A stretch of 64,000 nucleotides of DNA from Octopus sinensis (lineage: Eukaryota): contig NC_043024.1 in the NCBI RefSeq assembly GCF_006345805.1, forward strand, positions 14,074,001 through 14,138,000, in the 5' to 3' direction. Under the pieces are notes generated by a model. It worked only from the letters and a program-made list of their open reading frames with translations, was not told where the DNA came from and did no database searches. Both the position numbers and the translations under genes were made by a program. Each line of letters starts with the position of its first letter. Position 1 is the first letter of the stretch. Positions 1 to 11,352 of the stretch are shown here, piece by piece.

Positions 1-1035
1 CCTTATCATAAAGGGAAGTACGTGACAGTCGCTGCTGGAACACAATTGATCGCAGGTCTTCTAGGAATCGACCAGAGCTGACCTATAACTAAACCATGGC
101 AGCAACAACAATAACAACGACACAATTTTCTGCTGCATTTTAAGTATATTCAATACACAGCAACGTTGTACACTTAATCTTCATTGAAAAGCTCGGATCG
201 TAGAATCTTTCACGTCCATTCGACTTACATCTTCGCCAGCCACTTTACTCTTGTAAAAATATTGACACGTTTCGGAGAACTGAAATTAAATGTAGGAATA
301 TGGATGAGGGACAAACAACTAATGTCGTAGAATTATTTGACAATATATATTGTGTCGGAAAATGAGATTAGATGAACGACATAATTAGACTTGTAAATGA
401 ACGGCCTTTTCCTCTTCTCCATCGATATATTTATGTATTTGGAGTAGAGTGTGAATTAAATGCGTTAGTTAGTTATGAAGTTAAGCCTCCCGGGGAACTC
501 TACTACAGGACAATAATCTATGGTAGATTACAATGAGTTGGAAAAATGAAGAATACTAACTTGTCGCGTATATTTCTCTCCATGTATATTTATATACATT
601 TGCGCAGGAACACACACACAAACACAGCACATTGACATGCGCACTAACATCATGCATAAAGAAACACACTTTCGCCATTTTATATCTGAATTGTTCATGC
701 TTGGCAATGAATTGATTTGAGAGTCTATGTTAAATCGGAAGTAATTATGACGTAGAAAGATATTATACCGAAATGTATAAGTGCTTCTTTCATTATTTGG
801 AAAGAATCTACGCCATAATTGTAAAACTTTTTCTGCGCTTATGTCCAATAAAAGGCTCATCTAGAATTTTGTGATGTAAACACAATATACGTCTGACAAA
901 GCTTGGAACCACTGGTTCCAAGAAAGGAGATAGGGAGGGGGGCATAGGTCCCTAACTGAAGTTACAGGGAAGATTGCGTAATAAATTTAGGTAAAGGGAA
1001 GAGACACGTGTCTTATTGATGGTGTTATGAAAGTA

Positions 1036-1512
1036 AATTTGAACTCAGAACGTAACGGCAGACGAAATACCGCTAAGCATTTCTCCCGGCGTGCTAACAT
1101 TTCTAATTTCTTTATTGCCCACAAGGGGCTAAGCATAGAGAAGACAAACAAGGACAGACAAACAGATTAAGTCGATTACATCGACCCCAGTGGTACTTAA
1201 TTTATCGACCCCGAAAGGATGAAAGGCAAAGTCGACCTCGGCGGAATTTGAACTCAGAACGTAGCGGCAGACGAGATACCTATTTCTTTATTACCCACAA
1301 GGGGCTAAACACAGAGGGGACAAACAAGGACAGACATAGGTATTAAGTCGATTACATCGACCCCAGTGCGTAACTGGTACTTAATTTATCAACCCCGAAA
1401 GGATGAAAGGCAAAGTCGACATCGGCGGAATTTGAACTCACAACGTAACGCAGACGAAATACCGCTAAGCATTTTGCCCGGCGTGCTAACGTTTCTGCCA
1501 GCTCGCCGCCTT
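1036..1512 (-). mobile_element. tRNA-derived SINE family A, head-to-tail array (one full copy plus two 5'-truncated copies)
   Basis: Minus strand begins GGCGGCGAGCTGGCAGAAACGTTAGC (A-box-like) ... GAGTTGAAATTCC/GAGTTCAAATTCC (B-box-like) and ends GCCCCTTGTGGGYAATAAAGAAAT; near-identical copies at 17709, 51980 and 56065. Confidence 0.85.
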
Positions 1513-1529
1513 ATTTAATTCGTCATACT

Positions 1530-2600
1530 TGTTTATTTTTTCCTCTTCTTTCACATTGATCCTGTTGACAACGGAAGAAAGAGTTCTTCTGCAATTCCGT
1601 ATGACTGTAACTTCCACATTAACAGGAGGCAGGAAAGTGTTCTGCGGGTATTAATAGAATTTACTTCGATACATCCTTGAGACACCACACTGTTTGTCCT
1701 TTTTTCAAGCAACCTGGAAATTCTTCTCCTCCATTGTTCAATGCATTAAATTGTTCTGCGATCAATTTATGGCAACTACTGAACTTTTTTATCCAAAATC
1801 CCTGAACAGCATCAAATCCTTCTGCTTTGCAATTGCTTATCTTTTTTACTCATATTTCTGATACTGTCATCTGTGAAGGAGATACCCTTTTGCTGGGGAA
1901 AATAATCTGTTTGCTTCAGGCTGTGGAGCCATTCAGCTGTAATATTCTGTTGTTCTTGCATATTCTGTAACATAATCCTGAGAGGTCGATTTTCATCTGC
2001 ATCAGAGATTAATCTTTCACGCTTTATATCATCATTAATCTTTTGACAAAATCATTTTTGGTCGGTTCTAAGCAATCTGTTTTGCCAGTATGGCTTAATC
2101 CGTTTCTTCAAACCTACTTAGCTTTGCTTTATTTTTTTCGCAACTACACGCTGCTTCAGTTCTTCAATTACAACATTCAGTCCTTTTGTATCTAATCCAT
2201 ACTTCCTCCTAACAATTTCGAATTTCCATTTATTCTTATAAATTTTCCAATTCTTCTCCTGGCAAGTATTGACACTATTCTCTTCAAGGTTATATCTTCT
2301 GAAATTCTCCGTTTCCACTAAGGTTGTATATTTCCTCATCAATCCGTAGCTCTTCTGTTCTCAGTAGTTCTCAATCCCATTCTCTACGACACAATCCTAT
2401 CAGCAGCCTTCATATGATTATTTGTTTGTGTGCCATACTTTGCTCCGCTGAGTCGCAATAAATTATTGACTATTCTCGTCACTTGATTTAGTCTCCGATG
2501 GAATGAATGCTTTGTGAGTGATTATATTTAGAGAGAAGTGGATTTATTTATATCGTATTTTGTCGAGAAGTCGACAGCCATCTGGTGTTCTTTGGAGTGT
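1530..2600 (-). mobile_element. Degraded R4/Dong-clade non-LTR retrotransposon, pre-RT/RT N-terminal fragment
   Basis: Minus translation gives GLNVVIEELKQRVVAKKIK and GQTVWCLKDVSK*NSINTRRTLSCLLLMWKL, matching the LKQR..A and GRTVL..KD....NYRPISCLP.MWKL motifs of R4/Dong ORFs; many stops and frameshifts. Confidence 0.7.
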
Positions 2601-2744
2601 CAAAAATGTAATAAATAATTGAGAAGAGAATTTGTACCGTGAAGGTCGTGGTTGTCTCTAGGAGTAGATCTAGACGAAGATGCATGAAATGTCAATGTGA
2701 AAGCCGTGTGTATTTTGTGACATTGTATGTGTCAGAGACAGTAC

Positions 2745-2828
2745 GAGAGAGAGAGAGAAAGAGAGAGAGAGAAGGAGGGGAGAGTAAGAGAGGAGAGAGG
2801 ACTTATATTTCCTGAAACATATCTCTGC

Positions 2829-2864
<36 letters not shown>

Positions 2865-3310
2865 ACATACATATATATATATAAATATATATATGTATAG
2901 ATATATATATATATAATCTATGTATATATGTGTAATATACATATATATATAATATATATACATATATATAGAGATAGATAGATAGATAGATGATATATAA
3001 ATATGTATAGATATATGTAAATATATATATATTATAATATATACACAAATCTCTCTCCGTTATCTCCCTCTCGTTATCTCTCACTAACTCACTCTCTCTC
3101 TAAATCTCTCTCCAACGACCCTCTCTTTCTTCTCCCTCTCTCTCTAACTCTCGTTCTCTCGTTCTCTCTCTCTCTCATATATATAATATATATATTCTCT
3201 CATATATATCTATATCTATATAATAAACTATATATATATATATATAATATATATATATATAATATCTATATATATATATATATATATATGCACGCATGCA
3301 TACATACATA
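2745..3310. repeat. Compound (GA)n/(TA)n/(TG)n/(CT)n microsatellite
   Basis: Directly visible dinucleotide tracts. Confidence 0.95.
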
Positions 3311-3764
3311 ATATACGATTTGACGACAACAGCTGCCAACACAAACGGACAGGGTGACAGGAATATGAAAGACAAAGACACAAGTATTATCACAAAATTC
3401 ATTAAACAGAGAAGAATAATAAAGTTAGGCTGAGCCAATGATGCGACTTACTTCGATTTATAGACCACAGAGACGGCGACAACGTGGAAACAAATAAAAA
3501 AAAAGGAAGAATATGAGAATAAGAAAAACGCCGAAAGAAAAGTTGAACAATAGAAGTTGTGAGAGACAAAGAATAAGAAAAACAAAGGAAAGGAGATTTC
3601 TAATAAAACTAGCATCAGCTGGGTGCTTCATTTGAGTGTTTTCATTTTATTGTTCATCGTTTGACGCATATGGACACTGCATATGTATACTACAGTTACA
3701 CAGCTATACACAAAGAAATGCACGTATTTGTACAGGATCGCACAGAAAAAAGACAACCTCTTGC

Positions 3765-3950
3765 TTGCTTTAGTCATTGGACTGCGGCCATACTGGAGCA
3801 TTGGCTCGAAGCCTTCTTATTCAGTCAGATGGATACCGGTTGTTTAATGTTCATAGGTGTCGTAATTGCTTTATCAGTCTCATTTACCGAACCGTTATGT
3901 TACCGTAACATAAGCATACCAAACGCAACATTACCAGTCGTCAAGTGTAT
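3765..3950 (-). mobile_element. Old 3' fragment of SINE family B
   Basis: agtcattggactgcggccatactggagca and accgaaccgttatgttac match the reverse complement of the family B tail seen at 28531-28935. Confidence 0.6.
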
Positions 3951-3996
3951 GGAGAAATAACAAATACAAAAAAGCACACACAAATAATTATATATG

Positions 3997-4058
<62 letters not shown>

Positions 4059-4060
4059 CT

Positions 4061-4215
4061 TTATTTAAAGCAGCAGAAATTCAACCAAACCTGTTACTCT
4101 GAGTTTTCACGTTCCCGTTCGTCGACTATTTTTTTTGTAGCAAAAACTGTCCGACGAACGGGAACGTGAAACTCAGAGTAACAGGTTTTGTTGAATTTTC
4201 TGCTGCTTTAAATAA
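4061..4215. repeat. Fold-back inverted repeat (about 66-bp arms, about 22-nt spacer) containing a hammerhead-like motif
   Basis: 4061-4126 is the near-exact reverse complement of 4149-4215; abuts the assembly gap. Confidence 0.9.
4147..4184 (+). ncRNA. Candidate minimal type I hammerhead ribozyme (U4C core variant)
   Basis: CUGU-CCGACGA-ACG GGAA CGU-GAAA-CUCAGAG-UA-ACAG: stem I CUGU/ACAG, stem II with a GNRA loop, GUA cleavage triplet, quasi-palindromic stem III ACUCAGAGU. Activity not shown. Confidence 0.5.
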
Positions 4216-4217
4216 TG

Positions 4218-4317
4218 NNNNNNNNNNNNNNNNNNNNNNNNNNNNNNNNNNNNNNNNNNNNNNNNNNNNNNNNNNNNNNNNNNNNNNNNNNNNNNNNNNN
4301 NNNNNNNNNNNNNNNNN
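4218..4317. other. Assembly gap (100 N)
   Basis: Run of N. Confidence 1.
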
Positions 4318-4504
4318 ATAATAATAATAATATAATAATATAATAATAATAATAATAATGACAATAATAATAATGATATAATGATAATATAATAATAATT
4401 AAAAGATACCCTTGTAGTTGCGAGATGGACCTTTGTAGTAGACGCTGGACCCCCTTATACTCCTGGCAACAATATTTTTATACCCAGTCATCTACTGTAC
4501 GTTC

Positions 4505-4785
4505 GTATGTATATACGTACATATGTATGTGTGTATGTATGCATGTATGTATGTATGTATATATGTATGTATATATGTATATATGTATATATGTCTGTGC
4601 GTATGTATGTATGTATATATGTATCTATGCATATATGTATGTGTGTATGTATGTCTGTATATATGTATGTATATATGCACGCACTTATGTATGTGTGTGT
4701 ATGTATGTATGTATGTATGTATGTATGTATGTATGTATGTGTGTGTGTATGTATGTATGTATATATGTATGTATGTATGAGTGTA
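4505..4785. repeat. Degenerate (TATG)n microsatellite
   Basis: Directly visible. Confidence 0.95.
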
Positions 4786-5555
4786 TGTCTACAAGCCTAC
4801 ATATTATTTATTTAGTTATTTATAAATAGGTTTTCAAAACCATAATGCCTGGCTGTACTAAATAGATCTAAAATTTAGATAGTTAATATAAATATCTTCT
4901 GCTCGATAGATTACGTGTTGTCTTTTAGATTGTGTTATTTATAAATCTTTTGTACACGGAATATTTCTTACTCTCCTGAGATGCTATTCATTTCGATGTT
5001 AATTTTATCTTCCTCATCAAGCAACTTGTTTGAAGTTGTTCTACAGTCAATATTTATCGATTCTTGTTTTCAATGTAATTTTGAAACAACTTTGTTTGTG
5101 TTTTAATAAAAAAAAAATAATAATAAATAAAGGAAAGCAAGATTTTCAGATACTTCCTACGATGTTGTTACATTTCTCCATATTTTACTGTACACATACT
5201 GAGAAAAATATAAAGACACTGTCGACCTCTGGTTTAGAAGTTCAATTTACATTCTTATAATCTCGGGGGAATTCATATCCTGAGAGTTATTCTGGGTTCA
5301 CGAATACTGTTTAAAATCTCTCGGTTGAAGACATTATATGTAAGACAGTAGTTCGTACGTGTTACAGAGACGGCCAAAGATCAGGTAACTATAAAAGGAT
5401 AGATTGACAGATAGATAAATAGATAGACATATACATGCATACACAGAGGTAGATATGCATTATATATTTATATATATACATACATCACTTCCACATATTT
5501 ATATCCATGTGTGCGAGAGTGTTTTGCATATACATTTACGGTTATGAATACTCAT

Positions 5556-5777
5556 TTTACTCATTTACTTGTTTCAGTCATTTGACAGTGGCCATGCTGG
5601 AACACCGTCTTTAGTCGAGGAGATCACCGCGAGGACTTTTTTTTTGTAAGCCTAGGACTTATTCCATCGGTCTCTTTTGCCGAACCGCTAAGTTACGGGG
5701 ACGTAAACACACCAGCATCGGTTGTCAAGCAATGTTGGCGGGACAAGCACAGACACAGACACACACAGAGACACAGA

Positions 5778-5821
<44 letters not shown>

Positions 5822-5836
5822 TATATATATAATATA

Positions 5837-5880
<44 letters not shown>

Positions 5881-5980
5881 ATATATTCCGTCTACAAATC
5901 CACTCACAATGCTTTGGTCGACCTGAGGCTATAGTAGAAGACGCAGTGGGACTGAACCCGGACCCATGTGGTTGGTAAGC
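5556..5980 (-). mobile_element. SINE family B with expanded internal (TA)/(TG) tract
   Basis: Reverse complement of the full copy at 28531-28935; head slightly truncated. Confidence 0.85.
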
Positions 5981-6234
5981 ACATATATATATATACAGAG
6001 AGAGAGAAAGGGAGAGAGAGAGAGTTATATGTATAATTATACATATACGTAAATATATGTGTGACAGAGAAAGGGGGTGTACGCATGTGTGTTCGTGTTC
6101 ATATGTATATGTATATAAATTAATTCATTGAAAATTGTGTATGAGATGAACGTTTTCTGGCGTTCAGGTGAAATCGTGTGTATGTGTGTGTCGAATGGTG
6201 AATGAGTTAATACTGAAACTTGCGCTGCTTACCT

Positions 6235-6470
6235 TGTTTACAACGGAGCATAGTCTACAAAGCGATAATATCACGAGTTTGACCAGCGAAAACATGAGAT
6301 CGTAGCCACAGGTGGAAACTTCAAAGACAGTTACGAACATCATACAAATTCATTCCAAACCCTATCAAAGGGAAATGCGATGGGCACGTCGATATCTAGC
6401 AGGGACTTTAAAAACCTCATCTGTAAACATAAAATGAGAAATAACAGAATGCGCAGCATCACACATAATT
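6235..6470 (+). mobile_element. Degraded GIY-YIG endonuclease fragment, probably Penelope-like
   Basis: CLQRSIVYKAII (6235-6270), then after a frameshift EIVATGGNFKDSYEHHTNSFQTLSKGNA, resembling the CL..SIVYKA...YIG.T...FK.RY..H..SF pattern of PLE endonucleases. Confidence 0.5.
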
Positions 6471-7169
6471 GATAATGGAGTCTGCTCCCAATGCAGCTCT
6501 GAAAAACCCCCAATAATCACGCGCCACATGTAAACTATCAGCCATGGAAACAAATAAGTTTGGAAGCAATGGAAAATACCAAATACATCCATATGCCAAA
6601 TCACTTCATGCATCTCTCTACACATACACAACAGCACTTATATACACAAATATATATATATATCGTTTGTATGTGTGGTGTGTGTTTCTCTGCTTGTGTG
6701 TGGGTGGGTGTGTCAATCTGTGTATGTATGTATGTATATGTGTGTGTTTGTGTCGGTTATTAACAGTCGAACTTGGTGTAGATATAATGATATAAACGAT
6801 AGTGTGCGAGCAAATGTTAGGTTTATCTTAACATCTATTTTGAGTTTATACGTTAAAACCAAATTATTTTACTTTCTCTAGAAATTCTTGAGACGTAAAA
6901 CACTGGCGCACATACACACAGAAACACACACATAATATATATATATTTATATGGATGTACGTATATCTCTCTCTTTCAATATATATATATATACATATGT
7001 ATGTACATACACAAACACACACACACACACACACATACATATATATATTATATATAGTGTAATAAATAAAATATATGCATACATACAAACATATATGTAC
7101 GTACCTACATCTACAAGCATATATACATGCATATATAAATATATATACGTGTGTACAGGACACCACAAA

Positions 7170-7430
7170 TAGACGTAGAACTCAACGAGAAACGAAAACG
7201 TAAAAACAGCATGGAACGGACCATTTTTTTAGCAACGCAAAAACAGAGTACAAGACAACTACACAAGGAAAAATCCCCTTCATCAGCTGTCCCTAGTTCA
7301 ACTCCAGCGTGTTTCGAAGGTGAGGACAGAACACATCTCGTCGAACAAGTTCTTCCAGCGAAAGAATTAAATAAAATTCCTTTGCAGAGGGGTAAAAACA
7401 AGGGGAAAAATGTGACAAAAACAGGACACA
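7170..7430. mobile_element. Unclassified interspersed repeat, possibly PLE terminal-repeat-like
   Basis: Non-microsatellite block bounded by (TA)/(CA) tracts, with CTGATGA and TTCGAAAC words on the minus strand; no second copy in the window. Confidence 0.3.
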
Positions 7431-7435
7431 CACAC

Positions 7436-7486
<51 letters not shown>

Positions 7487-7539
7487 ACCATCAATTAGAA
7501 CTGACATGAAATGAACAGACTCTCCAAGATAGTCTCTCA

Positions 7540-8185
7540 GCTACGATACAATCGTTATTTACACTATTTACATTATTTACATTTGACGGACATTTGTCCT
7601 CAGCTTGTTTGTTGTTAACAATAATGGCACGACAGTATATATATTTTTTCGCTATTAGTTGATATTTAAGAGATGAGGAATTATGTACGTTATTAGCATT
7701 ATGTAGGTCACCGTATATCTTTTTTCGTTATTTAGTTGTTGTTTTTTCCAACGGTTGTAATGGATCCTCTCACGGTCGAGGGCGTGTCCTGCCCTTCTGC
7801 TACTCGTCTAGCTTTATATGAATCCACTGGTGTCGTTATATTTAAGCCAGGTGGTATTAGCTTTGGGTCTCTAGATCTACATTAGTAAGTTAGATGGTTT
7901 GAAAGTCGAGCTAGTTTTTGATGAAGTTTCTGTATATGTCTACATTGAAGACGAACATCAGCTCCGTACCGATGAGATAATACAGTTCTATATTTAAGAG
8001 ATGAGGAATTTTGAACATTATTTACATTTGACGGATATTTGTCTTCATCTTGTTTGTTGTTAACACTACGGTTGCCTATGTAGATGACTGTATATAACGA
8101 CAAACAAGATGAGGACAAATATCCGTCAAATGTAAATAATATGAATAATGTACACAATATCTCAACTCTTAAATATAGAACTGTA
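7540..8185 (-). mobile_element. Internally deleted Penelope-like element: inverted terminal repeat, terminal repeat, ORF N-terminus, partial downstream repeat
   Basis: Minus translation YGADVRLQCRHIQKLHQKLARLSNHLTY*CRSRDPKLIPPGLNITTPVDSYKARRVAE/RAGHALDRERIHYNRWKKQQLNNE resembles PLE ORF N-termini; 7981-8062 is inverted at 8095-8185 and partly repeated directly at 7545-7690. Confidence 0.7.
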
Positions 8186-9333
8186 CAATCGTTAGTTTGG
8201 AAATAGCTCTTACTTTATTTTACCGTTGATTTTACTCAAAATGAAAACAACTTTTTAATATAACATATCAATTTTTTAAACATACCATAATAAAAAAAAG
8301 ATTAAAAGCAAGATTAAATGTCGGTGGAATAACTGGAATAGGAGGAAAAAAAATCTTCAAAGAATTTCCAGTTTTCATGCAGAAAAAAATAGCAGAGAAT
8401 GAGCCAACGCAAAATTTAAACCAATAAATAGAAGCTTGATACCAGATCCAAGTTAGCAAATATGATTTTAGCATCAAAATCGAGTTTGAAGAATTTTCGC
8501 CTGAATTCGATGCAAGAATTTAAAGTGTTGAGTTCAGGTTTAACATTAGAGATTAATAGGGCGGAATGCGTTAAGCTGTCACGTGCTTACTTGAAGGGAG
8601 AGGGAAGGAGTGAGAGAGGAAGAGAGAGGGAGAGGGTGTGAAGGACGTGATGTATTTTTATCACGTGGTTGAAAAGCTAGTGGAAGTGGGGTGGTATAGG
8701 GAAAGAGGTAAACTGCTTAGTAGAGTGATGTGTCGGGGGTGCGGTTAACGAAAGGCAAATAGGGAGAGAGTGACAGTGAGGGACAGAGGGTGAGAAAGGG
8801 CAGTGCCGCTATTGCTAGTGAGAGGTTAAATGAAAGAGAAAGAGAGGATGATAACTAGAAGTGATGCTGTTCATGATTTCCTGGTTGTTGTTGTTGTCTT
8901 CTTTCTTCTTCTTCCAATCAGGATTCACGCCAATTAAAAGTATATATATTTGTGTGTGTATAGATAAGTTTATACGTATATATACATATATGTATATATA
9001 ATATATATATATATATTATATATTATATATATATTATATATATATAATATATATATGTATGTATGTATGTATATATACGTATATACTTTTTATCTTATAT
9101 TAAATTTTTAATACTTTTTGATAGTTATATATATTTATAAATAAAAAAGTAATTAATAAATAATAAATAAAAGATAAATGAATAATAAATATTTATATAT
9201 GAAAATTTATAGATATGAATTAATAATTTTAAATTTTTAACTTTAAATTTAAATAATCTAAATTTTGAATTTTATATTTTATATATTTTGTATATTATAT
9301 TAATTAATTTTATTTTTATGTTTTGGTTTATGT

Positions 9334-9615
9334 TTTTCACTGTTTGATTTGCCTAAAAGTGGTTTTATCTCTAATTTATTTTATATATATATCATATTAA
9401 ATTACAGATAAACTTAAGCCAATACATAAGATTATTTAATTTATATTATTTAAATAATATAAATTAAATAATCTTATGTATTGGCTTAAGTTTTTCATTG
9501 TATGATTTACCTAATAGTGGTTTTATCTCTAATTTATATAATATAATATATTTACTATAAAATTGGATTCAATCCTAAATCTGATTTTTCCCTGTAAGTT
9601 TGGATTTATTCCCTA
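9334..9615. repeat. Perfect 84-bp zero-spacer palindrome (9410-9493) between two approximately 47-bp direct repeats
   Basis: Base-by-base complementarity across 9410-9493; direct repeats at about 9334-9379 and 9490-9537; 9555-9615 recurs at about 54325-54385. Confidence 0.9.
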
Positions 9616-9620
9616 ATATT

Positions 9621-9660
<40 letters not shown>

Positions 9661-9734
9661 TATAATATATATATATATATACTAAATGTTTGAGAGGGAG
9701 ATAAGCAGTAACAGTACGGAATATTAAAATATAT

Positions 9735-9997
9735 TTGTCAAATAAATAAGTTGATCCTATGGAGGATGATGTGAATGTTGTTTTAGCCCCATGTAGACAT
9801 GTCCTCCAGCTGGCCAACGACACAAAGTCTGTGTCCCATTAGTGTTTGCGAGGGAGGTCATCACTCCCATCTCTAGCGTTACGTGACACACACAGATCCG
9901 AGGATCTGAGTAGTTATCCGTCTATAGGGGATGTCTTCCTGGGACTAGAAACAACAGTGCTATCGTCCTCTATAGGGTCGCAGCATTTAGTTGCCAA
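9735..9997. mobile_element. Candidate old MITE (about 260 bp)
   Basis: 9735-9770 and the reverse complement of 9962-9997 match at 26 of 36 positions; no ORF. Confidence 0.35.
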
Positions 9998-10053
9998 TTA
10001 TATTTTATGTATATATATGTATATACATACGTATGTATATATATATTTATACA

Positions 10054-10116
<63 letters not shown>

Positions 10117-10301
10117 GGTGATTACAATCACAATAAGCAACAAGGATATCCAGAGGTAATTCAGTACGATCGTTTCATGCGACTCCATTTAATTGAACAA
10201 AGCAAATATTACATCAGTTTTAAAATGTAGAGCGATTCAACAGAATCTGAATTTTACTGAACTTATATAAATATTTTATGTGTGTGTGTGTCTGTGTCTG
10301 T

Positions 10302-10302
<1 letters not shown>

Positions 10303-10395
<93 letters not shown>
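10303..10395. repeat. (TAGA)n microsatellite
   Basis: Directly visible; similar tracts at 16820-16888, 48700-48860 and 50990-51078. Confidence 0.95.
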
Positions 10396-10396
<1 letters not shown>

Positions 10397-10439
10397 TATG
10401 TATGTACTTTTATGTATGCTTGCACCGCTTCTCCACCTG

Positions 10440-10605
10440 GGCTGGTATGACTACAGCCCCGTAACTTTGCTACTCGGCATTAAAAAACCGATAGAATAAG
10501 TACCAAGCATAAACACACACCAGTACTGGTGCTGATATTCAGTACGACCACAATAAATATACATTCGCGGTGGTGCTCCAGCGTGGCCGCAGTCCAATGG
10601 CTGAC
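10440..10605 (+). mobile_element. Old 3' half of SINE family B
   Basis: accgatagaataagtacc ... ggtgctccagcgtggccgcagtccaatggctga matches the family B tail. Confidence 0.6.
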
Positions 10606-10989
10606 ACGCATCAAAAATTTGTGCCATATGTAGAGAGATTTGTTCACTAATAACTTTATATTAATTATTCGTATGACGCCTAGCGGATGTGTTTGTCACT
10701 TCTCCATCGTTCTCAATCTATTTCCTGTTATCGATGAGTCACAGCTTCATTTCGTACATGTGTCACGTAAATCGATATAATCAATTGATGTCGAGTATTT
10801 TCGTCATTTTTGATTTTCTTTTTTCGCGAACAGCCTGAAAGTAGTGTGTGATAAGTGGAGAAAATTCACACAGTGATAATATCCGCCAAATACATGTATA
10901 CAATAAGTACATACTATAGAATCTATTTATGTGTTTCTGTACGAGAACGAAGATATATTTATACATACATGCACAATATATACATATCA

Positions 10990-11245
10990 TATCCATCATC
11001 ATTATCGTTTAAAGTCCGTTTTCCTTGCTGGCATGGGTTTGACGGTTTGACAGGCACAGGACAGGAGGAGAGCTGTCCAGGTTCCATAGGAGAGCTGTGT
11101 TCCGTGGCATGGATTTTACGGCTCGATGCCCTTCCGAACGCCAACCATTTAACAGAGTGCGCTGGGTGCTTTTCAAGTGCCACCAGCAAAGATGTGTATA
11201 TGGGCAACGACACAATTGCATTCTGCGTGGCACTGACACCTCTAA
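10990..11245 (-). mobile_element. Retroposon 3' end (RTE-tail-like, ending in (GAT)n)
   Basis: Minus strand ends GGAAAACGGACTTTAAACGATAATGATGGATATG; LINE/SINE-tail-like structure; clade assignment is inference. Confidence 0.5.
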
Positions 11246-11352
11246 AACCTATGCCTGTATGTAAGGATGAACGTCTCAAATAGAGCAAACAGCACGACTC
11301 CCGATCCCTTGTCATTCACAGGCATATATATATATAGAGAGAGAGAGGGGGA

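Noticed and set aside
528-860. 110-aa minus ORF with LRHNYFRFN, reminiscent of PLE RT
   Set aside because: Only one short motif; the following G.AMG and YVDD motifs are absent and the C-terminus is (TG)n-derived.
1036-1512. Regularly recurring repeats as a CRISPR-like array
   Set aside because: The units are SINE monomers of about 170-230 bp with no unique spacers, and the context is eukaryotic with no cas genes.
6236-6420. Minus-strand exon with good AG and GTAAGC sites
   Set aside because: All three frames contain stops; the plus strand is better explained as a GIY-YIG remnant.
7270-7345. CTGATGA and GAAAC words on the minus strand suggesting a permuted hammerhead
   Set aside because: Stem I cannot form without consuming the CU of the core, and stem II would rely on G-U pairs.
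9080-9330. Extremely AT-rich stretch as a mitochondrial insertion (NUMT)
   Set aside because: No recognisable mitochondrial gene, tRNA or rRNA motif.
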